DNA of 64,000 nucleotides, from contig CM076002.1 of assembly GCA_038087875.1 (NCBI GenBank), forward strand, positions 62,001 through 126,000, written 5' to 3'. Positions within the stretch are counted from its first letter, which is position 1. Every line of letters begins with the position of its first letter. The stretch comes from Malacoraja senta. Taxonomy: Eukaryota. The position numbers and the translations under genes were made by a program. The notes beneath the pieces are model-generated. The model saw only the letters and a program-made list of their open reading frames with translations, was not told the origin of the DNA and did no database searches. Of the stretch, positions 48,022 through 61,407 are shown piece by piece.

Positions 48022-49160
48022 GATTAGTATGCAAACTTAAAGCACACGGTATTGGGGGTACAGTATTGATGTGGATAGAGAACTGGCTGGCAGACAGGAA
48101 GCAAAGAATAGGTGTAAACGGGTCCTTTTCAGAATGGCAGGCAGTGACTAGTGGGGTACCGCAAGGCTCAGTGCTGGGACCCCAGCTATTTACAATATAT
48201 ATTAATGATTTGGACGAGGGAATTGAATGCAGCATCTCCAAGTTTGCGGATGACACGAAGCTGGGGGGCAGTGTTAGCTGTGAGGAGGATGCTAGGAGGC
48301 TGCAAGGTGACTTGGATAGGTTGGGTGAGTGGGCAAATGCATGGCATATGCAGTATAATGTGGATAAATGTGAGGTTATCCACTTTGGTGGCAAAAACAG
48401 GAAAGTAGACTATTATGTGAATGGTGGCCGATTAGGAAAAGGGGAGATGCAACGAGACCTGGGTGTCATGGTACACCAGTCATTGAAAGTAGGCATGCAG
48501 GTGCAGCAGGCAGTGAAGAAAGCGAATGGTATGTTAGCATTCATAGCAAAAGGATTTGAGTATAGGAGCAGGGAGGTTCTACTGCAGTTGTACAGGGTCT
48601 TGGTGAGACCACACCTGGAGTATTGCGTACAGTTTTGGTCTCCTAATCTGAGGAAAGACATTCTTGCCATAGAGGGAGTACAGAGAAGGTTCACCAGACT
48701 GATTCCTGGGATGTCAGGACTTTATTATGAAGAAAGACTGGATAGACTCGGCTTGTACTTGCTGGAATTTAGAAGACTGAGGGTGGATCTTATAGAAACT
48801 TACAACATTCTTAAGGGGTTGGACAGGTTAGATGCAGGAAGATTGTTCCCGATGTTGGGGAAGTCCAGAACAAGGGATCACAGTTTAAGGATAAAGGGGA
48901 AATCTTTTAGGACTGAGATGAGAAAAACATTTTTTACACAGGGAGTGGTGAATCTCTGGAATTCTCTGCCACAGAATGTAGTTGAGGCCAGTTCATTGGC
49001 TATATTTAAGAGGGAGTTAGATGTGGCCCTTGTGGCTAAAGGTATCAGGGGGTATGGAGAGAAAGCAGGTACAGGATACTGAGTTGGATGATCATATTGA
49101 ATGGCGGTGCAGGCTCGAAGGGCCGAATGGCCTACTCCTGCACCTATTTTCTATGTTTCT
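48022..49160 (+). mobile_element. Young 5'-truncated CR1 LINE with open RT C-terminal 338 codons
   Basis: ORF 48066-49082 (SGVPQGSVLGP, FADDTK) plus 3' UTR and tail. Confidence 0.95.
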
Positions 49161-50367
49161 AAAGAGTTGAGAGTTGAATAGAGGGTTGGGTAGAGAGTTG
49201 GTTAGAGAGTTGAGTGTTGGGTAGAGATTTGAGAGTTGGGTAGAGAGTTGAGATTTGCACAGAGAGTTGAGAGTTGAGAGTTGGGCAGTGAGTTGAGAGT
49301 TGGGCAGAGTTGAGAGTTGGGAAGAGAGTTGTGAGTTTGATAGAGTGTTGAGAATTGGGTGGAGAGTTGGGTCGAAAGTTGGGCAAAGAGTTGTGTAGAG
49401 AGTTGGGTAGAGAGTTGGACGAGAGTTGGGCAGAGATTTGAGAGTTGGGCAGAGATGTGAGAGTTGAATAGAGTGTTGGGTAGAGGGGTAGAGAGTTGAG
49501 TAGAAAATGAAGTAGAGAATTGGGTATAGAGTTGAGAGTTCGGTAGAGAGTTGTTAGTTGGGTAGAGTTGAGGGTTGGGTTGAGAGTTGGGTGGAGAGTT
49601 GAGAGCTGGGCAGAGAGGAGCAGAGTGTTGGGTGTACAGTTGGGTAGAGAGTAGAGAGTCAGGTCGAGAGTTGAGAGTTGGTTATAGAGTTGAGAATTGA
49701 AAAAGAGTTGAATAGAGGGTTGAAAAAGGAGTTGGGTAGAGATTTGGGCAGAGCGTTGGACAGAGTGTTGGGCAGACAGTTGGGTAGAGGGTTGAGGAGA
49801 GACCCTTTGTTGGGTAGAGAGTTGATAGCTGGGTGGATAGTTAAGGGTGGGTAGAGACCCATTGTTGGGTAGAGAGTTGAGAGCTTGGGTAGAAAGTAGT
49901 GAGTTGGAGAGAGTGTTGGTAGAGAGTTGGACAGAGAGTTGAGTAGAGAACTAAGTAGAGAGCTGAGTAGAGTGTTGGAGTTGTTGGAGTTAGTTGTAGA
50001 GTTGAGAGTTGGATAGAGAGTTGAGAATTGGGTAAAGATTTGAGTGGCGAGTTGGCCAGACAGTTGGGTAGAGAGTTGAGGAGAGAGTTGGGTAGAGAGT
50101 TGGGAGTTGGGTTGAGTGTTGGGAGTTGGGTAGAGAGTTGAGAGTTGAATAGAGATTTAAGAGTTGGGTGGAGATTTGGGAGTTGGGTAGAGGGATAGAG
50201 AGTTAGGTTGAGAGTTGGGCAGAGAGTTGGGCAGAGTGTTGAGCAGAGAGTTGAGCAGAGAGTTGAGCAGAGAGTTGAGCAGAGAGTTGAGCAGAGAGTT
50301 GAGTAGAGGGTTGAGTAGAGACCTTTTGTTCGGTAGAGAGTTGATAGTTGGGTGAATAGTTGAGAGG

Positions 50368-50563
50368 GTAGTTGAGGCCAGTTCATTGGCTATATTTAAG
50401 AGGGAATTAGATGTGGCCCTTGTGGCTAAAGCGATCAGGGGGTATGGAGAGAAGGCAGGTACGGGATACTGAGTTGGATGATCAGCCATGATCGTATTGA
50501 ATGGCGGTGCAGGCTCGAAGGGCCGAATGGCCTACTCCTGCACCTATTTTCTATGTATCTATG
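50368..50563 (+). mobile_element. CR1 3' end (same subfamily as 48022-49160 and 11171-11690)
   Basis: gtagttgaggccagttcattggc through cctattttctatgtatctatgt. Confidence 0.9.
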
Positions 50564-51423
50564 TAGACCCATTGTTGGGTAGAGAGTTGAGAGTTTGGGC
50601 AGAGAGTAGTGAGTTGGAGATAGTGTTGGGTAGAGAGTTGGACAGAGAGTTGAGTAGAGAACTAAGTAGAGAGTTCAGAGTTGGTTGGAGAGTTGAAAGT
50701 TGGGTAAAGATTTGAGAGTTGGATAGAAAGTTGAGTGGCGAGTTGGGGAGACAGTTGGGTAGAGAGTTAAGTAGAGAGTTGAGTAGAGAGTTGGGAGTTG
50801 GGTAAAGAGTTGAGAGATGTGTTGAGAGTTGGGTGGAGATTTGAGAGTTGGGTAGTGTTGGGTAGAGAGATGGGTGGAGAGATGAGCGGAGAGTTGAGCA
50901 GAGAATTGAGCAGAGAGTTGAGTGTTGGTTAGAGAGTTGGGAGTTTGGGTAGACAGTAGTGAGTTGGAGAGAGTGTTGGGTAGAGAGTTGGGTAGACAGT
51001 TGAGAGTTGGGTAGAGAGCTGGGCAGAGGGTTGAGCAGAGAATTAAGTAGAGAGTTGAGTAGAGACGCTTCGTTGGCTAGATAGTTGAGAGTTGGTTGAA
51101 GTTGAAAGTTGGGTAAAGAGTTGAGAGTTGGATAGAGAGATGTGAGTTAGGTTGAGAGTTGAGTGGCAAGTTGGGCAGACAGTTGGGTAGAGAATTGGGC
51201 AGAGTGTTGGGCAGACAGGTGGGCAGACAGTTGGGCATAGAGTTGAGTAGAGAACTAAGTAGAGTTGAGTGGAGACCCTTCGTTGGGCAGAGAGTTGAGT
51301 AGAGAACTAAGTAGAGAGTTGAGTAGAAAGTTGAGCGTCGGGTAGAGAGTTGAGTCGAGTGGAGAGTTGGTTAGAGTTAGATAGAGAGTTGGATAGAAGT
51401 TTGAGTGAAGAGTTGAATTGAGT

Positions 51424-52812
51424 CAAGGACATAGGTTCAAGGTGAAGGGGAAATTATTTAACAGGAATCTGACGGGTAACATTTTATTACAAAGGGTGGT
51501 GGGTGTATGGAACAAGCTGTCAGAGGAGGTAGTTGAGGCAGGGACTATCCCAACATTTAAGGAACAGTGAGATAGGTACATGGACAGGACAGTCTGCAGG
51601 CAGGTGGGACTAGTGTAGCTGGGACATTGTTGGCCGGTGTGGGCAAGTTGGGCCGAATGCCTGTTTTCACACTATCACTATGAGTCCATGAGGGATTCTA
51701 TGCTTGTAGTAAAAGGATGGAGGTGAGGTACGAACTGAGTACTTTGCATCAGTATTCACTGAGGAGAAGGACTTGGAGGGCAGTGAGATCAATGTGGAGA
51801 ACACTAATATGCTTGGCCAGATTGAGATGGAGAAGGGGTGGTGCTGAGGCTCTTCAGAAACATTAAGGTGGATAAATCCCCAGGGCCTGATGGCATGTTA
51901 TTCACATAAGACATAGGGTTGTGGTGGAAGGGAGATATTCAGGCTGGAGGTTGGTGACCAGTGGAGTTCCGCAGGGATCTATGTTGGGACCTCTGCTGTT
52001 TGTGATTATATTCATATATATATAGACCATATATGAAGATGTGTTGGTGAGTAAGTTTACTCACAACACCAACATTTGGGGAGTTGCAGACAGTGAGGAA
52101 GGCTGTCAGAAGATGCAATGGGATATAGACCAGCTACAGAAATGGGCAGAGAAATGGCAGATGGAGTTTAACCTGAGCATGTGTGAGGTGTTGCACTTTG
52201 AGAGGTTGAATGTAAGAAAGAGTAAACAGTTAATGGCAAGAACCTAAACAGCATTAATGTGCAGAGGGATCTTGGAGTCCAAGGTCATAGCTGTAGGTGG
52301 CAGCACGTAGATAGGGTGGTAAAGAAGGCATACGGTATGTTTGCCTTCATTGCTAAGGGCATTGAATATAGGAGTCAGGAAGTCGATGCAACTGCATAGG
52401 ACATTGATCAGGCTGCATTGGGAGTATTGTGTGCAGGTCGCCCCAATACAGGAAGGATGTGAAGACTTTGGAATGGGTGCAGAGGTGGTTTACCAGAATG
52501 ATGCCTGGATTAGAGGGTTTCAGCTACCGGGAAATGGTGGATTGTTTTCTCTCGAACATCAGAGGGCTTCTTCTTGTCGAGTCCACACACAAGATTAGAA
52601 GTTGTTCAGCCAGAGCTGAACACGCTTCTCGGCATCTGCATACAATGGTGTCTGTCTTGCGCTTCTTGTGCGTGGTGGTGGAAAGATTGGTGGAAACAGG
52701 GCCGCGACGTGAATGCTCTTAAGTATATAAAATTGTGAGAGGCACAGATTGGGTAGGGAGTCCGAACATATTTCCCAGGATGGAAATGTCCAACACTAGA
52801 GGGCATAGATAT
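51424..52812 (+). mobile_element. Degraded CR1 fragments
   Basis: 3' end piece at ~51424-51680 and RT remnants (LQKWAEKWQMEFN, QYRKDVKTLEWVQRWFTRM). Confidence 0.75.
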
Positions 52813-52819
52813 AAAATAC

Positions 52820-53680
52820 TGTCCCCCACCCACACTACACCATCACCCACCCCATCCCCCACCCACAATTCCCCATCACCCACCCCCTCTCCCACCCACA
52901 CTACACCATCACCCACCCCCTCCCCCACTCCCACTCCACCATCACCCACCCCGACCCACCAGCCCCTCCCCCACACAGCCCCTCCCCATACCAGCCCTAC
53001 CCTGCCCCTCCCCCACATACTTCCCCATCACCCACCCCTTCCCCACCCATACTTCCCCATCACCCAACCTCCCCACTAGCCCCCCCTCCCCATACCCACC
53101 GGCCTCTTCCCGACCCACACCACCATCACCCACCACCAACCCCTTCCCCACATCGCTCCCCACACACCAGCCCACCCCACCCTCACACCAGACAGGGTGC
53201 GGGGTTGGGGTTGTGAGGGGGCAGGGTTGGGGGTGACAGGGTGGATGTGAGGGGATGGGGGTGGGTGGGTGTGAGGGGTTGTGGGTGAGGGGAGCAGTGA
53301 GGGAGAGGGGAGGGGGGGCAGTCTGCGGGGAGGGGTGGTGAGGGGGACAGTGTGAGGAGGGTAGTGTGCGGGGAGGGGACGGTGTGAGGGGCAGTGTGAA
53401 GGGGTGAGGGTGGCAGTGTGCGGAGGAGGGGTGGGTGAGGGGGTAGTGTGCGGGGAGGGGACGGTGTGAGGGGCAGTGTGAAGGGGTGAGGGGGGCAGTG
53501 TGCGGAGGAGGGGTGGGTGAGGGGGCAGTGTGCGAGGGAGGGGACGGTGTGAGGGGGCAGTATGAAGGGGTGAGGGGGGCAGTGTGCGGGGGAGGGGTGG
53601 GTGAGGGGGCAGTGTGCGGGGGAGGGGATGGTTTGAGGGGGCAGTGTGCAGAGGAGGGGTGGGTGAGGGGCAGTGTGTAG
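52820..53680. repeat. Low-complexity tract switching from C-rich to G-rich near 53195, with ~25-30-bp tandem units
   Basis: Directly visible (e.g. repeats of ggcagtgtgcggaggaggggtgggtgag). Confidence 0.9.
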
Positions 53681-53712
53681 CGTGGCTGAGTGTGACCCCT
53701 GCCGTTTGACAG

Positions 53713-53844
53713 ATGGAACATCTGCACACAGAGTGTGTGACGGACATCCTGATGTGTGGCGCCAGGTTCTGTGACCCTGAAGGCAGCTCGTTTGCGGTGA
53801 GCGGATACGACCTGAGTGAGATCATCCGTTTTGTCCAGGTGTAG
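53713..53844 (+). CDS. WDR54: Terminal coding exon of WD repeat-containing protein 54-like gene
   Basis: Acceptor tttgacag| then phase-0 MEHLHTECVTDILMCGARFCDPEGSSFAVSGYDLSEIIRFVQV*, which matches my recollection of the vertebrate WDR54 C-terminus (CGARFCD..G.SFAV.GYDL.EI..F); aataaa downstream. Not database-confirmed. Confidence 0.8.
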   Translation: MEHLHTECVTDILMCGARFCDPEGSSFAVSGYDLSEIIRFVQV

Positions 53845-54251
53845 GTGTGGGTGCCGGGTACAGGTTGCCCCTAGCGCCCGCTGGCCCAGACAGAGCACAC
53901 AGCCTGACCACAGCTCTGCCCCTCCACTGGGCCCAGTGGGCAGCTCTGTATCTGCAGAGGGCAGCCTGGTCTTTGTGCCCTCTGTGTCCACACCGCCCTT
54001 GGGCAGCTCCAGGCTGTGCCACACAGAGCACTCACCACAGGCTCATCTGTCGCCCCGCACACACCACTGTCTGGGAATCGAAACAAATGGTGCTTTCACT
54101 AAAGCTGGCCGTACATCGACACACACACACACGTTTGGTTCAGTCATTGCTTCCAGTGTGGTGATCGCAACCCTCCCCCAGAACAGTGCAAAATGTTCCC
54201 CCATGATCAACAGGAGAGTCCTGGACATCGACAAAAAACTGCCCGTTAATT

Positions 54252-54399
54252 AGTTCAGCAGTCTGTGTTACACTGCACTGTCCATGTTCAGCTTCAGTCT
54301 GTGTTACACTGCACTGTCCATGTTCAGCTTCAGTCTGTGTTACACTGCACTGTCCATGTTCAGCTTCAGTCTGTGTTACACTGCACCGTCCATGTTCAG
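54252..54399. repeat. 36-bp tandem repeat, about 4 copies, in the putative WDR54 3' UTR
   Basis: Unit gttcagcttcagtctgtgttacactgcactgtccat. Confidence 0.95.
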
Positions 54400-54503
54400 T
54401 GTTAGTTAACCGTTGCTTCAAGATGTTTGGATGCTATTTAGGAAGAGAATGCTGTTTTAATTATTCAGCTGGCAATATAACATTACGTGTGACGTTCTGC
54501 TTT

Positions 54504-54509
54504 AATAAA
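54504..54509 (+). terminator. Candidate polyadenylation signal of the WDR54-like gene
   Basis: First aataaa I found downstream of the stop at 53844. Confidence 0.5.
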
Positions 54510-54751
54510 AAGTAATCTGTATTAAGTCTGCAGATTGAGTGAAGCATTTACCTTTGCATGTAAAATCCACCCTTTCTTTCAACACCAAACGTACAGCTAG
54601 GTGGAGGTTACTTTGTGAACAAGGCTGTAGGTGCTGGTGTCAAGTCAAGAATGTTTTATTGTCATTTGTCCCAGATAGAACAATGACATTCTTACTTGCA
54701 GCAGCACAACAGAATATGTAAACAAAGTTCAGTGTGTGCATATGTACATAG

Positions 54752-56553
54752 ATTGAATTGAATTTCCTTTATTGTCATTCAAATAAGTTTGAACGAAATT
54801 TTGTACCATGCAGTCATGACAGTAAAAGTTGACAAAACACACAATGAACACAATTTAACACAAACATCCATCACAGTGAATCTCAAGATTCAAGAGAGTT
54901 TATTGTCATGTGTCCCAGATAGGACAATGAAATTCTTGCTTTGCTTCAGCACAACAGAATATAGAAGGCATAAATACAGAACAGTTCAGTGTGTCCATAT
55001 ACCATTGTATAAATATATACACACATCAATAAATAAAACAGATAAAGTGCAAATAAACAGATAATGGGTTATTAATGTTGAGAGTTTTGTTTGAGTTGAG
55101 TTCAATAGCCTGATGGCTGTGGGGAAGAATCTGTTTCTGAACCTGGACGTTGCAGTCTTCAGGCTCCTGTACCTTCTACCTGAAGGTAGCGGGGAGATGA
55201 GTGTGTGCCCACGATGATGTGGGTTCTTGATGATGCTGCCAGCCTTTTTGAGGCAGCGACTGTGATAGATCCCCTCGATGGTAGGGAGGTCAGAGCCGAT
55301 GATGGACTGGGCAGTGTTTACTACTTTTTGTAGTCTTTTCCGCTCCTGGGCACTCAAGCTGCCGAACCAAGCCACGATGCAACCGGTCAGCATGCTCTCT
55401 ACTGTGCACCTGTAGAAGTTAGAGTCCTCCTTGACATACTGACTCTCCGTAATCTTCTCAGGAAGTAGAGGCGCTGATGTGCTTTCTTTATAATGGCATC
55501 AGTGTTCTCGGACCAGGAGAGATCATCAGAGATGTGCAAGCCCAGGAATTTGAAGCTCTTGACCCTTTCCACCATCGACCCGTTGATATAAACGGGACTG
55601 TGGGTCCCCATCCTACCCCTTCCAAAGTCCACAATCAGTTCCTTGGTTTTGCTGGTGTTGAGGGCCAGGTTATTGTGCTGGCACCAATTGGTCAGTCGAT
55701 TGATCTCACTTCTATACTCTGACTCGTCCCCATCTGAGATACATCCCACAACAGTGGTGTCGTCAGCGAACTTGATGATGGAGTTCGCACTATGACCGGC
55801 TACGCAGTCATGAGTATAGAGTGAGTACAGCAGGGGACTGAACACACAGCCTTGAGGTGCTCCCGTGCTGATTGTTATCGAGACTGACACTTTTCCACCA
55901 ATTCAAACAGTCTTCCAGGTGCCTCCACACTGTGATGGAAAGCAAAAAGTCTTATCTCCTCTCTACCCATTCTCCCGCGGTCAGGCAGTCAAACTGCTGC
56001 GTCGAGGCGATCGAGGCTCTCGATGTTGATGCCCCCGCCGGGTGATGGTAAATCCCACGGCCGATTTTAAGCTCCGCGAATGGGCCGATTCAAACTCCAC
56101 GATTCAGGGCGGACGAAGCTGCTGTTGTGGGAGCTCCCGAAAATAGGTCACCAATGTCAATTGGTCAACCAGCTCCCGATGTTACCGTCCACAGTGCTCG
56201 CGGCTGAAGCTCCGAAGTTGGGTCGCAGACACAGTGCCACCACAGCCGCCGAAGTCAGCCAGCTCCGCGATGGTGAGTCCACAGGCTCTGCGACTGCAAC
56301 CCACAAGGTCGATTCCAGTTGGAGGCCGCAAGCTCCACAATATTAGGCCTCAGCGCGGATGGAGATACGAGAAGGAAAAGGTTGCATCCCCGTTGAAGGA
56401 AGAGATTTTAAAAAAGTTTCTCTCACCCCCCACATATACACAACTAAAATAGACTAAAACATACATCTAACATGACAAAAATAAAACAAAAAGAAGAAAG
56501 ATAGACGGACTGCAGGTGAGCCACAGCTGCTTGGGCAGCGCCGCCACTTCCGG
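54752..56553 (-). mobile_element. Non-coding LINE-dependent retroposon, split by a Rex1 insertion
   Basis: Minus-strand head ccggaagtggcggcgctgccc at 56553; tail gacaataaagg..(ttcaa)n at ~54752-54780; no long ORF. Confidence 0.5.
54882..55905 (-). mobile_element. Rex1/Babar LINE 3' ~1 kb
   Basis: STGAPQGCVFSPLLYSLYTHDC, KFADDTTVVG, KTKELIVDF, LPSGRRYRSL; (tcttgaa)-type tail. Confidence 0.92.
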
Positions 56554-57099
56554 ATACATACACACACACATGTCTGAAGAAGGATCTCGACCCGAAACCA
56601 GGGCTGCTGACAGTGGGTTGAATGCCGCCAAGTGCCACACCTGATGCCATGGGTGCCCTCTGGAGCAAGTCCTCGGTATTGGCGCTGAGCTTCAGATGTG
56701 GGCAATGGAGACATGAGAGACTGCAGGCCCAGAGGTCTGGGGCACAAATGAGCTACTGGAGGGCAGCACCATGTGGGGAACATGACATTCATCTGGGCTG
56801 TTTGAGGAAGTCTGGCTCCAGTTATGGCAACAGGGAGGGAGGGAGGGAGGCTTGTCCATGTTGTCCCATCTCACACAGACTACATGCCTCTCTACTGTGT
56901 ACGTGAGAGGGGGAGGAGGGTGAGAGGGAGGGGGGTCCCGAGGAGAGGGATGTTGTGAAGATGGGGAATCTTGGTGGGCATGGAGGGTGTGTTATGGTGT
57001 GACCCTGTGGCCCGGTGCTGTGTGAGTACACCTTGTGTCTGAGACCGGGACTCTCCCCCAGACTCCACTGTCCCAGCTCGGACTGACCCTGCCCTTGAC

Positions 57100-59360
57100 C
57101 TCTGCCCTTCTTTTGGTGCCATGATTGAATGGCGGAGTATATTTGATGAGCAGAATGGCCTAATTCTGCTCCTATCACGTATGAACATGACATTTCCAGT
57201 CAATATAGGGAAAGTTAAAATCCCCTACTACGACAACCTTATTAGTCCTGAAGCTGCCTGCAATCTCCTGGCACATTTGTTCTTCTAATTCCCGTTGACT
57301 TATTCGGGGGTGTGTAGTACACCCCCAACAAAGCGATCATCCCTTTCTTGTTCCTCAGCTCCACCCATATAGCCTCAAGAGATGAACCATCCATCAGTGT
57401 CACTCCTGACCACTGCCGGGACATCCTCCTTAACCAATAATGTAATCCCCCCTCCGCTTTTACCCTCACCCCTGTCTCTCCCGAAGCCCCTGTACCCCAG
57501 AACATTGAGCTCCCAGTCCTGCCCCTCTCTTAACCACGTTTCAGTAATGGCTACAATGTTCTACTTTTAGAATCCACTACCCTGGGAGAAGACTGAGTGT
57601 TCACTTTATCCCTGGTCCTCATGATCTTGTACACCTCAGTAAGGTCACCCCTCAGGTTCTGCCAGGATCTGTGTGTCTCTGATTCCCAATCTCAATGCTT
57701 TCGGATTGGGGATTGGCGAGAAGCCCCTGTGACAGTGGAAGCTGTGAGTGGTTCCTGAAAGGTGTTGGGAATTAGTGCGTGGTTGTTGCCTCAAGTGTTG
57801 TCCTGATTGTGCAGTGATGTCAACAGAGGCAGCAGTCTCAGGTTTCTGGGTGTGCACATCTCCGAAGATCTGTCCTGGACCCAGGACAGATGCAGTCACA
57901 ATGAAAGCCCATCAACGCCTCCATTTCCTTTGAAGATCGAGGAGATTTGGCATGTGGACGAATACTCACTTGTATTTCTACAGGTGTACAGTAGAGAACT
58001 TACTGACTGGTTCCATAACTTTGTAGCTTGAACACCCAGAAACAAAGGAGATTAGAAAATGTGGAAGACACTGCCTGGTCCATCTCGGGTACTGACCTCC
58101 CCACCATCAAAGGGATCGACAAGAGGCGATGGGTCAAAAAGAAAGCCAATATCATCAAAGACCCACATCACCCTAGGCTAGATGCAGGAAAAATGTTCCC
58201 GATGTTGGGGGAGCCCAGAACCAGGGCTCACAGTTTAAGAATAAGGGTTAGGCCATTTAGGACTGAGATGAGGAAAAACGTTTTCAGCCAGAGAGTTGTG
58301 AATCTGTGGAATTATCTGCCACAGAAGGCAATGGAGACCAATTCACTGGATGTTTTCAAAAGAGAGTTAGATATAGCTCTCAGGGTTAAATGAATCAAGG
58401 GATATGGGGGAAAAGCAGGAACGGGGTACGGATTTTGGATGATCAGCCATTATCATATTGAATGGCGGTGCTGGCTCGAAGGGCCAAATGGCCTATTCCT
58501 GCACCTATTTTCTATGTTTCTATTCCTGTTAAATCTTTGACCCTTCTCCTTAAACCTATGCCCTCTGGTCCTCGATTCACCTACTCTGGGCAAGAGACTC
58601 TGTGCATCTACCCGATCTATTCCTCTCATGATGTTACATACCTCTGTAAGATCACCCCTCATCCTCCTGTGCTCCAAGGAATAGAGACCCAGTCTACTCA
58701 ACCTCCCCCTATAGCTCATACCCTCTAGTCCTGGCAACATTCGCTTAAATCATCTCTGTAGCCTTTCAATCTTCTCAGCATCTTTCCTATAACATGGTGC
58801 CCAGAACTGAACATAATACTCTAAATGCGGCCACGCCAACGTCTTACGCAACTGCAACATGACCTCCCAACGTCTACACTCAATACTCTCACTGATGAAG
58901 GCCAAAGTGCTAAAAGCCATTTTGATCACCTTATCTACCTGTGACTCCACCTTCATGGAACTATGCACCTGCACGCCTAGATCCCTCTGCTCCACAACAC
59001 TCCCCAGAGCTCTTCCATTCACTGTGTCGATCCTGCCCATGTTAGACTTCCAAAAATGCAACCCTTCACATTTCTCTATTAAATTCCATCAACATTTCCT
59101 CAGCCCACCTGGCCAATCGATCAAGATCCTGCTGCAATTTTACACAACCATCTTCACTATCTGCAAAACCACCCCCTTTTGTAACATCTGAAACTGAAGG
59201 ACAACCTTTTCACACAGTGTACGGAATGAGCTTCCAGAGGTGGTCATTGAGACAGGTACTAGAGCAACATGTAGGACAAGTACATTCACAGGAAAAAAAA
59301 TAGAGAGATGGGGCATCTCTAAGGAGTTGGGCTGAGTGGCCTGTTTCTGTGCTGTATGAC
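57100..59360. mobile_element. Mosaic of CR1 (both strands) and Rex1 fragments
   Basis: Minus endonuclease EAIWVELRNKKG (57242-57505); plus Rex1 piece (~57830-58170); plus CR1 3' end (~58175-58520); minus CR1 RT (~58520-59170). Confidence 0.8.
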
Positions 59361-59366
59361 TGATTA

Positions 59367-61407
59367 GAAACAGAAAATAGGTGCAGGAGGAGGCCATTCG
59401 GCTCTTCGAGCCAGCACCTCAATTCATTGTGATCATGGCTGATCGTCCCCTATCAATAACCCGTGCCTGCCTTCTCCCCATATCCCTTGACTCCACTAGA
59501 CCCTAGAGCTCTATCTAACTCTCTCTTAAATCCATCCAGTGATTTGGCCTCCACTGCCCACTGTGGCAGGGAATTCCATAAATTCACAACTCTGGGTGAA
59601 AACGTTTTTTCTCACCTCATTCTTAAATGACCTCCCCTTTATTCTAAGACTGGCCCCTGGTTCTGGACTCGCACAACATTGGGAACATTTTTCCTGCATC
59701 TAGCTTGTCCAGTCCTTTTATAATTGTATATGTTTCTATAAGACACCCCTCATCCTTCTAAACTCCAGTGAATACAAGCCTAGTCTTTTCAATCTTTCCT
59801 CATATGACAGTCCCGCCATCCCAGGGATCAATCTCGTGAAACTTCGCTGCACTGCCTCAATCACAAGGATGTCCTTCCTCAAATTAGGAGACCAAAACTG
59901 TACACAATACTCCAGATGCGGTCTAACCAGAGCCCTATACAACTGCAGAAGAACCTCTTTACTCCTATACTGAAATCCTCTTGTTATGAAGGCCAACATT
60001 GCATTAGCTTTCTTCACTGCCTGCTGTACCTGCATGCCAACTTTCAGTAACTGGTATACAAGGACACCCAGGTTTCACTGTACCTCGCCCTTACCTAACA
60101 ACCCCATTGAGATAATAATCTGCCCCCTTGTTTTTGCCGCCAATGTGGATAACCTCACATTTATTGATATTATACTGCATTTGCCACGCATCTGCCCACT
60201 CACTCAACCTGTCCAGGTCACCCTGCTACCTCCTAACATCCTCTTCACAGTTCACACTGCCACCCAGCTTTGTGTCATCTGCAAACTTGCTAGTGTTGCT
60301 CCTAATTCCCTCTTCCAAATCATTAATATATATGGTAAACAGTTGCGGCCCCAACAACGAGCCTTGCGGCACTCCACTCCCCACTGCCTGCCATTCTGAA
60401 AAGGACCCGTTCACTCCTACTCTTTGCTTCCGGTCTGCCAACCAATTTTCTATCCATGTCAACACCCTACCCCCAATACCATGTGCTCTAATTTTAGTCA
60501 CCAGTCTCCCGTGCAGGACCTTATCAAAGGCTTTCTGAAAGTCTAGATACACTACATCCACTGGCACCCCTTCATCCATTTTACTTGTCACATGCTCAAA
60601 AAATTCCAGAAGATTAGTCAAGCATGATTTCCCTTCATAAATCCATGTTGACTTGGACTAATCCTTTTACTGCTATCCAAATGCCCCATTATTACCTCTT
60701 TAATAATTGACTCCAGCATCTTTCCCACCACCGAAGTCAGGCTAACTGGTCTGTAATTCCCCGTTTTCTCTCTCGCTCCTTTCTTGAAAAGTGGGATAAC
60801 ATTAGCTATCCTCCAATCCACAGGAACTGATCCTGAATCTATTGAACATTGGAAAATGATCACCAATGCGTCCACTATTTCTAGAGCCACCTCCCTGAGG
60901 ACCCTGGGATGCAGACCATCAGGCCCAGGGGATTTATTATCTATTTCTCGCCTAATGAACATTTCTTTCAGTTCCTCTACCCCCTTAGATCCTCTGTCCT
61001 CCAGTACACCTGGGAGATTGTTTGTGTCTTCCTTAGTGAAGACAGATCCGAAGTACCTATTCAACTCTTCTGCCATTTCCTTGTTACCCATAATAATTTC
61101 ACCCGTGTCTGCCTTCAACGGCCCACATTTGACTTTGCTACTCTTTTTCCCTCAACATATCTAAAGAAGCTTTTACTGTCCTTCTTTATGTTCCTGGCCA
61201 GCTTCCCCTCGTACTTCATCTTTTCAGCCCGTATTGCCCGTTTTGTTTCCTTCTGTTGTCCTAAGAAAGTTTCCCAATCCTCTGGCTTCCGGCTACTCTT
61301 TGCTGTGTTATACATCTTTTCTTTTAGTTTTATTCTATCCCTAACTTCCCTTGTCAGCCACGGTTGCCTCCTACTCCCCTTAGAATCTTTCTTCCTTTTT
61401 GGAATGA
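59367..61407 (-). mobile_element. 5'-truncated CR1 LINE, same subfamily as 23620-25960
   Basis: Minus ORFs 61115, 60618, 60226 and 59736 are nearly identical in translation to the plus-strand copy. Confidence 0.95.

Larger units (their letters stand above)
46102..51420. repeat. Degenerate GA-rich satellite of 7-mer (gagagtt) and 12-mer (gagagttgggta/gagagttgagca) units
   Basis: Directly visible; strongly C-poor on + strand; interrupted by three LINE fragments. Confidence 0.95.

Noticed and set aside
45759..50715. Repetitive LNSLPN/STLYP ORFs
   Set aside because: Translations of the satellite and of the N gap.
54030..54075. 35-nt minus-strand micro-exon with good splice sites
   Set aside because: Lies in the putative WDR54 3' UTR, gives no recognisable peptide and has no partner exons.
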